Of a stretch of 64,000 bases of DNA, positions 1 through 11,011 are shown one piece after another. A program made the translations under genes and the position numbers. Below the pieces are notes generated by a model that was given only the letters and a program-made list of their open reading frames with translations, had not been told where the DNA came from and made no database searches. The stretch comes from the human T2T-CHM13v2.0 reference genome, Homo sapiens. Position 1 is the first letter of the stretch; every line of letters begins with the position of its first letter. The DNA lies in NCBI RefSeq assembly GCF_009914755.1, contig NC_060925.1; one strand, given 5' to 3'.

Positions 1-128
1 GTTTAAATGTTTCAGACTCACACAGGTTCTTTGACTCTAAATCCCATACTCATGTTATCCCAAGATGGCAAGTTAAAGCTTATGCTGACTTAAATTTTAC
101 CACAGTTCCAATAACTAAGCTCCTGACT

Positions 129-321
129 TATTTATTTTTATTTATTTGATTTTTTTTTTTTTTTTTTAGAGAGATGGGGTCTTGCTTCATCACCTAGGCT
201 GGAGTGCAGCAGCATGATCATAGCTCACTGCTGCCTCTAACTCCTGAGCTCAGGAGATGCTCTCACCTCAGCCTCCTAAACAGCAGAGACTACAGGTGTG
301 CTCTACCTCACTTGGCTAATT
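129..321 (-). mobile_element. AluJ-type right arm with poly(T) tail
   Basis: Poly-T then gagatggggtcttgc...ggctggagtgcag...gatcatagctcactg...ggctaatt (J-type motif atcatagctcac); ends at the linker position. Confidence 0.85.
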
Positions 322-327
322 AAAACA

Positions 328-1262
328 TTTTTTCAGCTTTATTTTTATTTTTTTCAACGTTTTTTATTTAAATAAGGAGAATTCTTCCCTATGGAAAGAG
401 CTAGCACAATCACATATTTGAAAGGAGAAACAATAGGTACTGAACCGGAGGGAAAGGGCGAAGGCTGAGTGTACCAGCACCAGCCTGGAGAATCCACAAT
501 TCCACTTCCTATCCAAGGTAAGTTTCCGAAAATAGTATATAAACAAGTTGCACATTATACCTTTAGCCATCATCTGCCCTTTCAAATATCTGGTCTACAT
601 GAAAAGAGAAAGAGGAAAGGCCAAAACGAAAACAAAAGGAAACAAAAACAAAACGCAACCCTCTCAAAAACAAAAGAAAAAAAAACCCAAAATCTTTTTT
701 ACTACACAGAGCATAAGGTCAAAAACTTACAGTACCAGTGTCCCCTTCAAGCCATGGAAGAAAAACATCCACATAAAGCCTTAGCAAGAATTTCCACTCT
801 GAGGCTTTGTAACATGCTGAAGACAGGGCCCTGGGGGTGCTGCTGCCATTTTGGAGGCCACCAACTGGGGTGGAGAATCAGTGAACAGCACGTCTCATGC
901 ACTTGGAAGATCACCAGCCAAATATGCACTGGTGGCCTGGTGGAGCATGGCTAGGTGACTGCCTACCCCCAACACTGAACCACTCCTATCCTGGATGACC
1001 TACTTCTTAGGTCTGTCTCACATTTCACAAAAGAGCTGGAAGTCTGCATTTCTCATTCATCACAAAACAGGACAAAGCACACACACTCTAGTATCTTTGG
1101 TCATCAAAGGCCATTTCCAACAGACCCTCAAACCCACGTTTGCTTTGCAAGAAGTGAAAAGGGACAAATGAAGATTTGAAGGGCAGCCTGCAGCCACTTG
1201 GCAGAAGGAAACTAAATGGCAGGGAGGGGGCTCCACCAGAGCTGCCATGCTGCCACAGTGGG
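328..1262 (-). pseudogene. Probable retrocopied mRNA 3'UTR fragment (processed pseudogene); resembles the ANKRD11 3'UTR from memory, unverified
   Basis: Eroded poly(T) 328-355, minus-strand AATAAA at 363-368, then about 900 bp of non-repeat sequence that is GC-richer than the host intron; no credible ORF. Confidence 0.6.
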
Positions 1263-1265
1263 CCA

Positions 1266-1434
1266 GGCTAATTTTCTTTTTTCTTTCTTTTTTTTTTTTT
1301 TTGTTGTTGTTGTTGTAGCATTGGGATCTCATCATCTTGCCCAGGCTTGGTCTCAAACTCCTAAGCTCAAGTAACCCTCCTGCCTTGGCCTCCTAAAGTG
1401 CTGGGATCATAGGCATGAGCCACCATGCCTAGCC
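1266..1434 (-). mobile_element. AluJ left arm / FLAM-like monomer
   Basis: ggctaatttt...ttgcccaggcttggtctcaaactcct...aaagtgctgggatcataggcatgagccaccatgcctagcc. Confidence 0.85.
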
Positions 1435-1509
1435 GTGACTTCTTTGACCAAGCTGTCACCTTGTGCTTTGGGACAGCTAAAGGTAAGGGAAAGAAGACTG
1501 AAAGAAAGG

Positions 1510-2092
1510 CTATCAGCATACTGAACAGATATTTGCACTCCCATGTTTATTGCAGCACTATTCACAATAGCCAAAATACAGAATCAACTTAAGTATCCAT
1601 CAGTAGATGAATGAAGAAAATGTGGTACATACACACAATAGAATATTATTCAGCTATAAAAAAGAATGAGATTCTGTCATTTGCAACAACAGGAATGGAA
1701 CTGGAAGACATTAGTGATATAAGCCAGGCACAGAAAGGTAACTAACACATGTTCTCACAAATATGTGGGAGCTAAATATATGAGAAGGGTAGGAGTGGGG
1801 GTTATAAAAGGTATGATAAATAGGTACAAAAATACAGTAGAAAGAATAAGATCTAGTATGCCACAGCACAACAGAGTGGCTATTTTTAACAACAGTTGAT
1901 CACAGATTTCAAAATAAAAGAGTGAAATTAGAATGTTCCTAACACAAAGAAATAATAAGTGCTTGAGGTGATACAAGCACCAATTATTCAAATTTGATCA
2001 TTACACATTTTTGCTTGTAACAAACATCACATGTACCCCCTTAATATGTACAGCTATTATGTATTGAAAATAATTAACAATTTTTTAAAAAG
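1510..2092 (+). mobile_element. L1MA-family 3' fragment (ORF2 end + 3'UTR)
   Basis: tgcactcccatgtttattgcagcactattcacaatagcc...tgtggtacat...catgttctcac...catgtaccc and A-rich end. Confidence 0.85.
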
Positions 2093-2414
2093 GAAAGAAG
2101 AGGGTCTTCTATGTCTTATGCTTTTGAGGAAACTTTGTCTTAAGTATCCTTTAGCGCACAGGTACAAATACATACATATAGGTCTATAAAAATATATCAT
2201 TATTTTTTCTTATCATAAAATACAATTAATTTTTTGACTTATACTACTGGTCTAATTATTCATATCTGGTTGAAAAAAATACATTTAATCAAGGTTGATA
2301 ACCAACAATGACAGTAAAACCTCTCATTTCCCTAAGTTTCAAAAACACATCTAACACATATAAATTGCACAATAAAATATTTTCTTAAGAATGATGATAT
2401 TTAGTGATACTCAC

Positions 2415-2459
2415 TCTAAGCCCAGGAAACCCCGGAGGACCAGTGCCACCTACAAGTCC
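2415..2459 (-). CDS. COL24A1: Collagen exon, 45 bp, GLVGGTGPPGFPGLR
   Basis: Acceptor tttcttttacaatag|GGA, donor AGA|gtgagt; 5 triplets. Confidence 0.96.
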
Positions 2460-4406
2460 CTATTGTAAAAGAAATTTGCAATACTTATTAAATTTGATTC
2501 CCAACTACTAAGGGTATTTCTGAAGATAAACACAAAACTTTCTAGCTAAGAATACATCAAAATGTACCTTCTACTATAGCTAACTTCTGAAACTCCCCTA
2601 ATCTATGCATCCTCCTGAGAAGGACAAACCTATGGTGGCCATTTATGTTCTTCACAAGTGCCCTTGGCTAAATGCTTTTGGATGCCAGGACTACCACCTA
2701 GCTTAAGCAGAGTCCTCTCTGCCTCCTATGTATTTAACCAAGGAAGTAAATCCTATCAATAATCAACACTGTACACTTAATTATGCTATCCATTCTATGA
2801 AAAGACAGGTGGTCAGCACGTAGGGTTAGAAAAACATTTTCAGACGGTTTAAAACACTATGGACTCTTTTGAAGTACATTATTTAAATTCTCTAATCTTC
2901 ATTTTTCTCATTAAAATAGAAATACCAATATTTGTTCTCACTGTAAATATCACAATGAAATTTGTCATATGTAAAGGCACCATAAAAATGTATAAAATTT
3001 TCAATACTGTTAAATTATTTATATAAGTATCAGATTTTTCATGATCATTATTAATTTTTCCAGCTGATTTGTGATTGGTCTTTTGAACTCATTGTCATTA
3101 CACTTTATAGTCTTTAAGATAATTCCTAATTCACTTTATGTCACTGTCACATTATTTACAAGGCACAAAGTACATGAATGTCCTTCTTTTTTTGCATTTC
3201 AAATTCTGTTTGGAAACAAAGGCAGAGAATATACTATAGAGAATTATAAACCAGTAAACTAAATATATCCAGTTGACTATTGTATTTTAAAGATTTTAAA
3301 AACTCAAAATGCTCCAGAAGAAATATTATTATATTTTAAATGAAGAGCAGATTTCAAAAAAGAAAACTTTAAATATTCTAGGAGTCTTAACAGACTTCAT
3401 GGATAGTAACTGACAAAAAATTATGTAAAATGGCTTCACACTAGGTACACAAGTGCACAAATGGCATTAAAAATAAATAATGTCTACTTTATTATGCTTG
3501 AAATGGGAAGCTCCTCAGAATCATATGCAAGAAAAATGGTAAACATTCCACTTAAAACAACATTCAAGTTTTTAACAATTTATTTGAAAATCAGTTCTAC
3601 TTTTATCTGCTATGCCTTGTAACAAATGCAGTCTTGGCTGAATTCACTGAATGAGCTAATATAGTTTTAATTTGGAAAAGAGAAGTAAAAAAGAAGAAAA
3701 ATAAACTATTTTAAACTCTTCATGCTAGTGATTTACTTACGTGTAATTATTGGAACTATTCCCAATTTAGGCTACAGAGATTTTGTGTTTTTTTCTAACT
3801 CACTTTAAAATCTTATGAAAAGAATATGTGAATGGCTTAAGATTGGGGAATAGCTATTGGATGGTTTTTAAGAGCAAAAACTAAAGCTTTTCTACCTAGC
3901 GCCAAAAAATAGCAATCCATCATCATTCTTTGATGATATAATTAAACTAATTTTAGAATAGTAACTCTTTCTCAATCTGAACATTGACAGCTAAATAATC
4001 CCAAAGTAGAATAATTTTCTATAAAACACTAAGAAGTAAGGTGGATCAATGACAGGTTTGAGTCCAAAGAGCAATCGCTGAGTGTAAAATTTTTATATAA
4101 GGCTTGTTAGTACTTTCATGTATAAGAGACAGTATTGTGATCACATATTTTTAATATTTTACTTAAGCAGTTATACTTAACATCATCAAAATAATTAATT
4201 TAAAGATTGAATGTCATGATGAAATTTGAAATATTTTTGGTTAATTTCCTAAGCTGAAAAATCACAAACTGGAATGTGCACAGTGGTGTGGAGATTGTTT
4301 TTCCAATAGTGTTTATTCACAAATATGATAATAAGGACTGTAAGTGCAGTGCTATGAAGTATGAATGATGTTAGAATGCAAGGCTGAACCAACATAATGT
4401 ACTCAC

Positions 4407-4460
4407 AGGACTGCCATCAAGACCAGCAGGGCCTCTGTCTCCAAAGTCACCTGGAAAACC
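4407..4460 (-). CDS. COL24A1: Collagen exon, 54 bp, GFPGDFGDRGPAGLDGSP
   Basis: Acceptor ctctttccctgtgacag|GGT, donor CCT|gtgagt; 6 triplets. Confidence 0.96.
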
Positions 4461-4844
4461 CTGTCACAGGGAAAGAGGAAGAATGCCAACATATATAAAT
4501 AATTCATTTTTGCTGTATTTTCTAACAAAGAATTTAGTAATAGAAAATATTAATTTCCTAACTCTTAAACTGTAATGCAACAAACATTCTTTTGCATAAC
4601 ACGCTTAATTGATTTTAAATACAATATTTCAAAAAATAAAAAACGAAATACAGTATTTCTATATGTTATAAAAATTATTTTATATGCCACATAACATATA
4701 CAGAAAACAAAATTGGAGAAGTTTGTTCATCATACATAAAAAATCACCAAATGAAAGGAAAAACAATGAAGATTTCTGGCTGAACAATCTTCAGTTATCT
4801 CTGCTATTCCAAACTATTCCTATACTCACCCCATAGAGAATAAA

Positions 4845-5096
4845 ATAGCTAGTATTATTAAGCACTTGCCATGTGCTAAAGGGTTTATGCACATAATTAT
4901 ATATACACACTTCATTTCATCTTCATAACAGGTCTATTCAATAGATACTAATATTCTCACATTGTTGTTGAGGAAGTTAAAGCACAGAGAGTGTAGGTCA
5001 CTTGCTCAAGGTTAGACCATTAAAAATGGGTGGGACTGAGATGTGAATGGAGGCAGACCGATTCTAGAGTCCATGTTTTTCAACTATGCTATACTG
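4845..5096 (-). mobile_element. MIR SINE
   Basis: Reverse MIR core gaggaagttaaagcacagagag...cacttgctcaaggt. Confidence 0.75.
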
Positions 5097-6015
5097 AATA
5101 CTTTAAATCATCATTCCAAGACATACATGTAAAACAAAAAGTCCTTTAAGTACAGTTTTATTAAGGAAACGAATAATACACATAAATACTACAAATTTAA
5201 AATGAGGTGAAAATTAAAAGCTTCCCAAATGCCTATTGAGAATTCTGCATGGTAAAACTATGAAGGATGGTAAAATAACAAACCTTCTCATTATAAATTC
5301 TATTGTAAAATAACTCAACGCTCAGCTACTCTTACTTTACAATACTACATTTTTCTCTAAAGATTTACCATTCCTCAACTTTAAAGCTCACTTTTTAAGA
5401 GGCTATTTTATAAAAATGTTTATAAGACTTACTATTGTAAACATTTTCATAATATTCATTTACAAAAACTAGGAATAACAAAAATAAAAATCTATCATTA
5501 GATTCTTATAATCTCTTTACATAGGCAAGTCAATATTAAATATTATGTTTAACAGACTGCCAAAAATTACTGGTTCCCAGAGCAAATATGAATAGGTTAA
5601 ACTTAAAAGATAGTTTAACAATGGAAAAAATGTACAATGTTTCTAAAATATAGTTAACTCCTACTAGAAGCACAGTTTCTCTTATTCTGTAATCAAAGGA
5701 TAATGTAAAAACCATCTGTGTAGTCAAATATATTGTAGCCATACTCCCTTCAAAGTCAGCTGAAGCTCAAGCATTTTACTTTCGTTGTCTTTGGAAGTCA
5801 AATTTTGTTGTCAACAACTTGCAAATCTGCAATATATTATCCTATTCAGTATGAGCTAACATGGATACTTGAAAGTACTTATGACACACAGGTAATGGAA
5901 AAAGTAGAGGAAATATACTACAGTAAGTCTGAAACATAAGAGATGATTGATTTTTTTTAGATAGATCATTAGTAGGTTTTCCAGAAACCCCAGTGAAATA
6001 ATAAAGTGTAGGGGA

Positions 6016-6295
6016 CACACTGCATGATTCCATTACTGTGTAATGTCCAGAATAGGCAAATCCACAGGGACATAAAGTAGATTAGTGGTTGCCTACGGCT
6101 GGTGATGTGGGGGAGGAATGGAAAGTGATTCCTAATGAGTACAGGATTTCTTTTGGGGGTGATGAAAATGTTATAAAATCAGATACTGTGATGGCTGCAC
6201 AATTCTGAATATACTAAAAACTGCCAAATTATATACTTTAAAGGTGAATTTTATGGTATGTGAATTATATCTCAATAAAGTTGTTCTTAAAAAAC
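6016..6295 (+). mobile_element. L1MB/L1ME-type 3'UTR fragment
   Basis: gtccagaataggcaaatcc...gattagtggttgcct...gggggtgatgaaaatgtt...gaattatatctcaataaag. Confidence 0.8.
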
Positions 6296-6684
6296 AACCT
6301 GAACAAGGAGTGGGATTGCTGAAAAACCTTTGGGAATTCACTCAGGATTGCCTAGAGAATGTGCTGTTCTCCCAATCCTTCCCAGTCCCTTGCATCCAGT
6401 GGGAGAAACTGTTCTCTGGCTCACCTTCCCTCAAAATGAGTAATTTTTCCCCACCTAGGAGAGGGAAGATGGGAAAGAGAAGAGGGGAAAGAACTGTGAT
6501 CAGTTCTTCCCTTATCACAAAATACTTACTTTCTACAACCAGCAGAAAAATAATGCAATATTCATTAATTTCAACTTCTTATTCTTCCAGTAGTTCACAA
6601 ACATGTGTATTGGTTGTTCACCTTGACTTTGCCCCTGAAATAATTTAATTGAATATCTACTTTAAATTTTTAATGTATTTTTCT

Positions 6685-6825
6685 TTATTATTATTATTAT
6701 CGTTGTCGAGATGGGGTCTCACTTTGTTGCCCAGACTCTTCTCAAACTCCCAGCTTCAAGTGATACCTCCTGCCTCAGCCTCCCGTAGTGTTGGGATTAC
6801 AGGCATAAGCCACTGTACCAAGCCG
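6685..6825 (-). mobile_element. Alu left monomer (FLAM-like)
   Basis: (TTA)n tail, gagatggggtctcactttgttgccc...gggattacaggcataagccact. Confidence 0.85.
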
Positions 6826-7728
6826 TTGTGTATTGTTTCTCTTCTCACTTTATTACTCATTAAACATTTCATTTTAATTCTCTATTCTTGATAGAGATAA
6901 TTTATTCTTTTAATCCCTCATATGTTGATCATGTATTATCAATTTTTGAAATAATTTCTATGAAATCTAGACACTTCTTGTTTTATGAAATATTGCACAG
7001 TTAATACCACAAAGGCATTATTTGGCTCCTTATTAGACACATAATATTTTCTTTTAAAGAACATCATACCAATGTTTTATATTGTTGAATATTTCCTTGC
7101 TTGTTTAATGTTTATTCAGTTGTTTTTCAATGCTAATAACTGCATTAATATTTTAATACAGGTGAGGTTCTATATTCTTTTAATCATGAACTTAATGTTT
7201 GCAGCCACATAGCTTCATTGCCAAAAAATGGTCTTCAAGATTGGTTGTGAAATATGGAACAGTAGTGACAAAATACATATCTTTCCTTTAATTTTATAAT
7301 ACAAAAGACAGTCTCTATAATTTCTTTCTCCAGTTGAAAGAATGTTGAAGAATGAAATATTTTGTTATATTTTCCTGGTAGAAAATTATTATCATTAATT
7401 TAAATCAAATTGTGTTTTCCTAAAAATACTCTCACATTGCCAAAGGACAAAATGGCCATTTAGCAGGATTATCATGCAACAGAGATAGGAAAGCTCAAGA
7501 GTTTTGCTTTTCTTGTTCAATTTGCCAGTTTCACAAATGTTAACTTTCATCTTCTAATGAGCATGCCAGAGTCACATTGTTGCTTCTGTGTTGTATATAG
7601 TTCTCTTCTTCACATTTTGATCAGTTAAAATATTTTATGTGATGAAGAATATGATGTTTCAGGAATTTCAAAAAATCTCTTCAAGTTGTAAATAATTTTC
7701 TATTTTCTCATTTATTTCCAGTGATCAG

Positions 7729-8318
7729 TGTGGTGGACAGTTTAAAGGATCTCCAAAGATTCCCATTTCCCAGTGTTCACACTTTTCTATGACATCCTCC
7801 CTTTGAGTGTAGCTAGCACCTATGACTTGCTTCATCTAACAAATAGCATATAGCAAAGGTGATGAGATATCACTGCCATGATTATGTTACACTATATAAG
7901 ACTGTCTTAGCAGCCTGGAGCTAGAGACTTCTCTTATGAGTTTGATGAAGTAAGCAGCTGTGTTGGAGAAGTCCATGTGGCCAGAAACTGTGGGTGACTC
8001 TGCAAACTCTGGACAGTCTATAGGACCTGAGAGTGGCCCATAGCCAAGAGCCGGCAAAAAGCCAGAGCCCTCCATTCTACAACCTCAAGGTAATAAATTC
8101 TTCCTACAACCTGAATGAGTCTGGAAATGAACTTTACCCCAGTCAAGCTTCCAGATGATAATGCAGCCTGTCTGACACTTTGATTGTAAACTTATGACCA
8201 GAGCAGAAGACTCAGTTAAGTAACACCTAGATTCCTGACCCATGAAAACTGCAAGATAATAAATGAATATTGTTTTAAGCTGCTAAGTTTGTGGTATTTG
8301 TTATGTATCAATAGAAAC
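7729..8318 (+). mobile_element. MaLR solo LTR (MLT1E-like)
   Basis: tgtggtggacag start; ccctttgagtgt, cagtcaagcttccagatga, aataaa...tttaagctgctaagtttgtggtatttgttat 3' signature. Confidence 0.8.
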
Positions 8319-9053
8319 AGAAAACCAATTAAATTGGTAATTAAATCTTCTTTAGAGAATATATAACGTCTTATTTCCAAATTTTACCATAGGTAATGTT
8401 CAATATAAGTCTACTGTTGTTTCTAGTTTTAAAAAACTTAGATCATCTCTGAAGATTTTCTACTGCTGTCTACTTTCTATTACAAATTATAATAACAAAA
8501 AGTATTACAATTTTTATATTTACTTTTTTGAAAATTTGACTTTATCTTGTTAAATATCTGTATTTTAAACTTTATCATTCCAGCATTTTATGTCCACCTG
8601 TCGCCAATGTAAAAAAAATCTTATCATGCTTCATGAATTTTGTCTATACTTATGTAAAGACAAATTTAATAATAATATGCATTGTTTAATAATGGAAAAT
8701 GCTTGTCAGTCTCCAATTGCAACTGTTTGCAAATATCACACTAATTCTATTACCTCAGGAAGAATAAATCATAATAGAAAGAAAAGATAATAGAAGCTTA
8801 AAATTACCAGAAAACAGTATTTTTATTATGTAAGATTCTATTGCATTCATGCTGAGAGAAAAATTAGATAATTAATTTCTCTTTCCTTTTATCAAAATGC
8901 TTCTACTGCCTGCTCGAACCCTTAGCACAATCTTGAGCAGTTTCTGTCTCCAATGTCAGCAATGGTACCACTTAAAAACCTTCATGGCATTCAGACATGA
9001 AAATACAGGCAAGAGATGTGGAGAATTTCTCTGAAGCCTAAACATTATTAAAC

Positions 9054-9578
9054 TGTGGTACCCAGCCTCAATGATGGACCTCAGTGATCTTTGATTCCCG
9101 GTATTCATGCTGTTATGTAGTCCAGACGCACCCTGAATTATGTGGGCCTATGTGACCAAAAGAATATAGAAGTGACAATGTGTAATTTCTGAAGCTAGGT
9201 CATAAAGATACTACAGCTATCACCTTGCTGTAGTATCTTTACACCACTCACTCTGGGGGAAGCCAAAGCTATGTTCTGAATACATTCAGCAGCACTGTGG
9301 AGAGGTCTCCATGGGGAGGAAGTGAGGCCTCCCATCAACAACTAGCACCAACTTGGCCAGCAAGTGAGCCTCCTTAAAAGCAAATCCTCCAACCCCCAGT
9401 CAAGCCTTCAGATGACAGTAGCCCTAACCAAAATCTTAACCATAACCTCATGAATTAGAACCACCCAACTATGCCACTACCAAATTCCTGACCCACAGAA
9501 ACTATAAAAATAATACATATTTATTGTTGTTTTAAACCACCAACTTAATTTGTTTCATAGCAATAGATAGCTAATACA
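9054..9578 (+). mobile_element. MaLR solo LTR (MLT1F-like)
   Basis: TG...CA ends; cactcactctgggggaagcc, ccagtcaagccttcagatgac, cctgacccacagaaact, atagcaatagatagctaataca. Confidence 0.8.
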
Positions 9579-10514
9579 TAGTAACAAGAGTGACTGTCTA
9601 GGATTATGGGGCATGTGATGCCAGTGCTAAGTGCTGGATCCTGAATGACAGAGGCACTCAAGTATTTTAAATGTATGATATGCAGGGCCCTCTAAAGCTC
9701 AGAGCCCAGAGCAAGTTTCTCTGTTGCCTGGGTCTAACAATGGTACTGTTATCAAACATGGTAGTTATTAAACACTAAGACCAAAAGAAGTTTGTTAGAC
9801 TTGATAGGCCTGAATACATGTATGTGATATTAATATTTTAGATCACTCATAGATACTACATTTGGTAGTCTATTTAAATATGTTTAAACAGTGGAAAACT
9901 TCTTGCTTAGCATGTCCAGTAAAAGCATTATTTTCCTAGCTCCACAAATAATATGTTTAAATGTATATAAAATAACTAGGAAAATAAGAGGACCAAGATA
10001 ACCATAAAATGGTCACAATGACTATATTTACAGAATTTTTAAAAAACAAAAGCAATACAAAAACCCTTCTGGAGAACATATTTTGTTCTTTCTAGAGGAA
10101 GGTTTAGAAACAACATATTTAATCTGAAGTAGAAATGAATAAAAATTATCATAGAAGGTTATATACTAAACAAGCATTAATAATCATAACAGAAATCATT
10201 TGTTCCAAAACTAAGCATTGAAAACACAGGATCAGACTAACTTGTCTAGAATTAGAAACACTAAAATTTAACCTAGAAGTTATTTTTACACATTCTGCAT
10301 ATGAATACATATTACCAGGAAATTCTGTTATTTTAAAATCCCTCAAATATAAAACAAGATCACTACAGGAAGAGGCTGGAGTGTGAAGTATTCTGTGATG
10401 ATCTAATCTTTTCACCCTTCTTTTCCTCACAGCAAGGACAATTTGATCCACACTCAGGGTCAACCCTATCCTCATAATTGAGACTAATTCTAAACTTCAT
10501 CAGAAACATGAGTA

Positions 10515-10562
10515 GGTTTGGCCCAATTCATGGGGGTTTGGCCCAATTCATGGAGATTTGGC
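10515..10562 (+). repeat. 20-bp tandem repeat, about 2.4 copies (ggtttggcccaattcatggg)
   Basis: Copies at 10515-10534, 10535-10554, partial 10555-10562. Confidence 0.9.
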
Positions 10563-10832
10563 ATCAAGGCAGGCTTAATGCTAACCTGGGCCTCAGTTCC
10601 CAGATTCAAGTTCCGGCCTTGTTCTTAAAGACTGAATACCACGTTGTGTCCTTTTTCTTGTGTCCAAAAACCAGATGTGGTATACAACATCATGTTCTGT
10701 CCCTCAATAATAAGAGTCCCACCTTATTCTTGCCATTTGCCCTCCTAGAGAATATAATCCCTGAGCCCAACCTAGGCCTAACTGCCATATATGCACTCAC
10801 ACTTCTGATTTTGATAACCTACAAGGCTCTTT

Positions 10833-11011
10833 TTTTTTTCTTTTCTTAATTTTATTTATTATTATTACACTTTAAGTTTTAGGGTACATGTGCACAATGT
10901 GCAGGTTAGTTACATATGTATACATGTGCCATGCTGGTGTGCTGCACCCACTAACTCGTCATCTAGCATTAGGTATATCTCCCAATGCTATCCCTCCCCC
11001 CTCCCCCCACC
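10833..11011 (-). mobile_element. Young, extremely 5'-truncated L1 (L1PA2-like 3' end) with 15-bp TSD
   Basis: Near-perfect L1 3'UTR (gcattgggagatatacctaatgctagatgacGAGttagtggg; non-Ta GAG); TSD cctacaaggctcttt at 10818-10832 and 11012-11026. Confidence 0.93.

Noticed and set aside
469-954. 161-aa plus-strand ORF
   Set aside because: Non-ATG start, K/Q/N run produced by an A-rich tract, and antisense to a probable retrocopied 3'UTR; no domain recognised.
6830-9750. AT-rich stretches around the two MLT1 LTRs that may be an old hAT DNA transposon relic
   Set aside because: I could not define terminal repeats or transposase homology by eye; needs a Dfam search.
10149-10849. Divergent 108-aa and 123-aa ORFs
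   Set aside because: No recognisable homology or splice support; the second runs into an L1 poly(T) tail.
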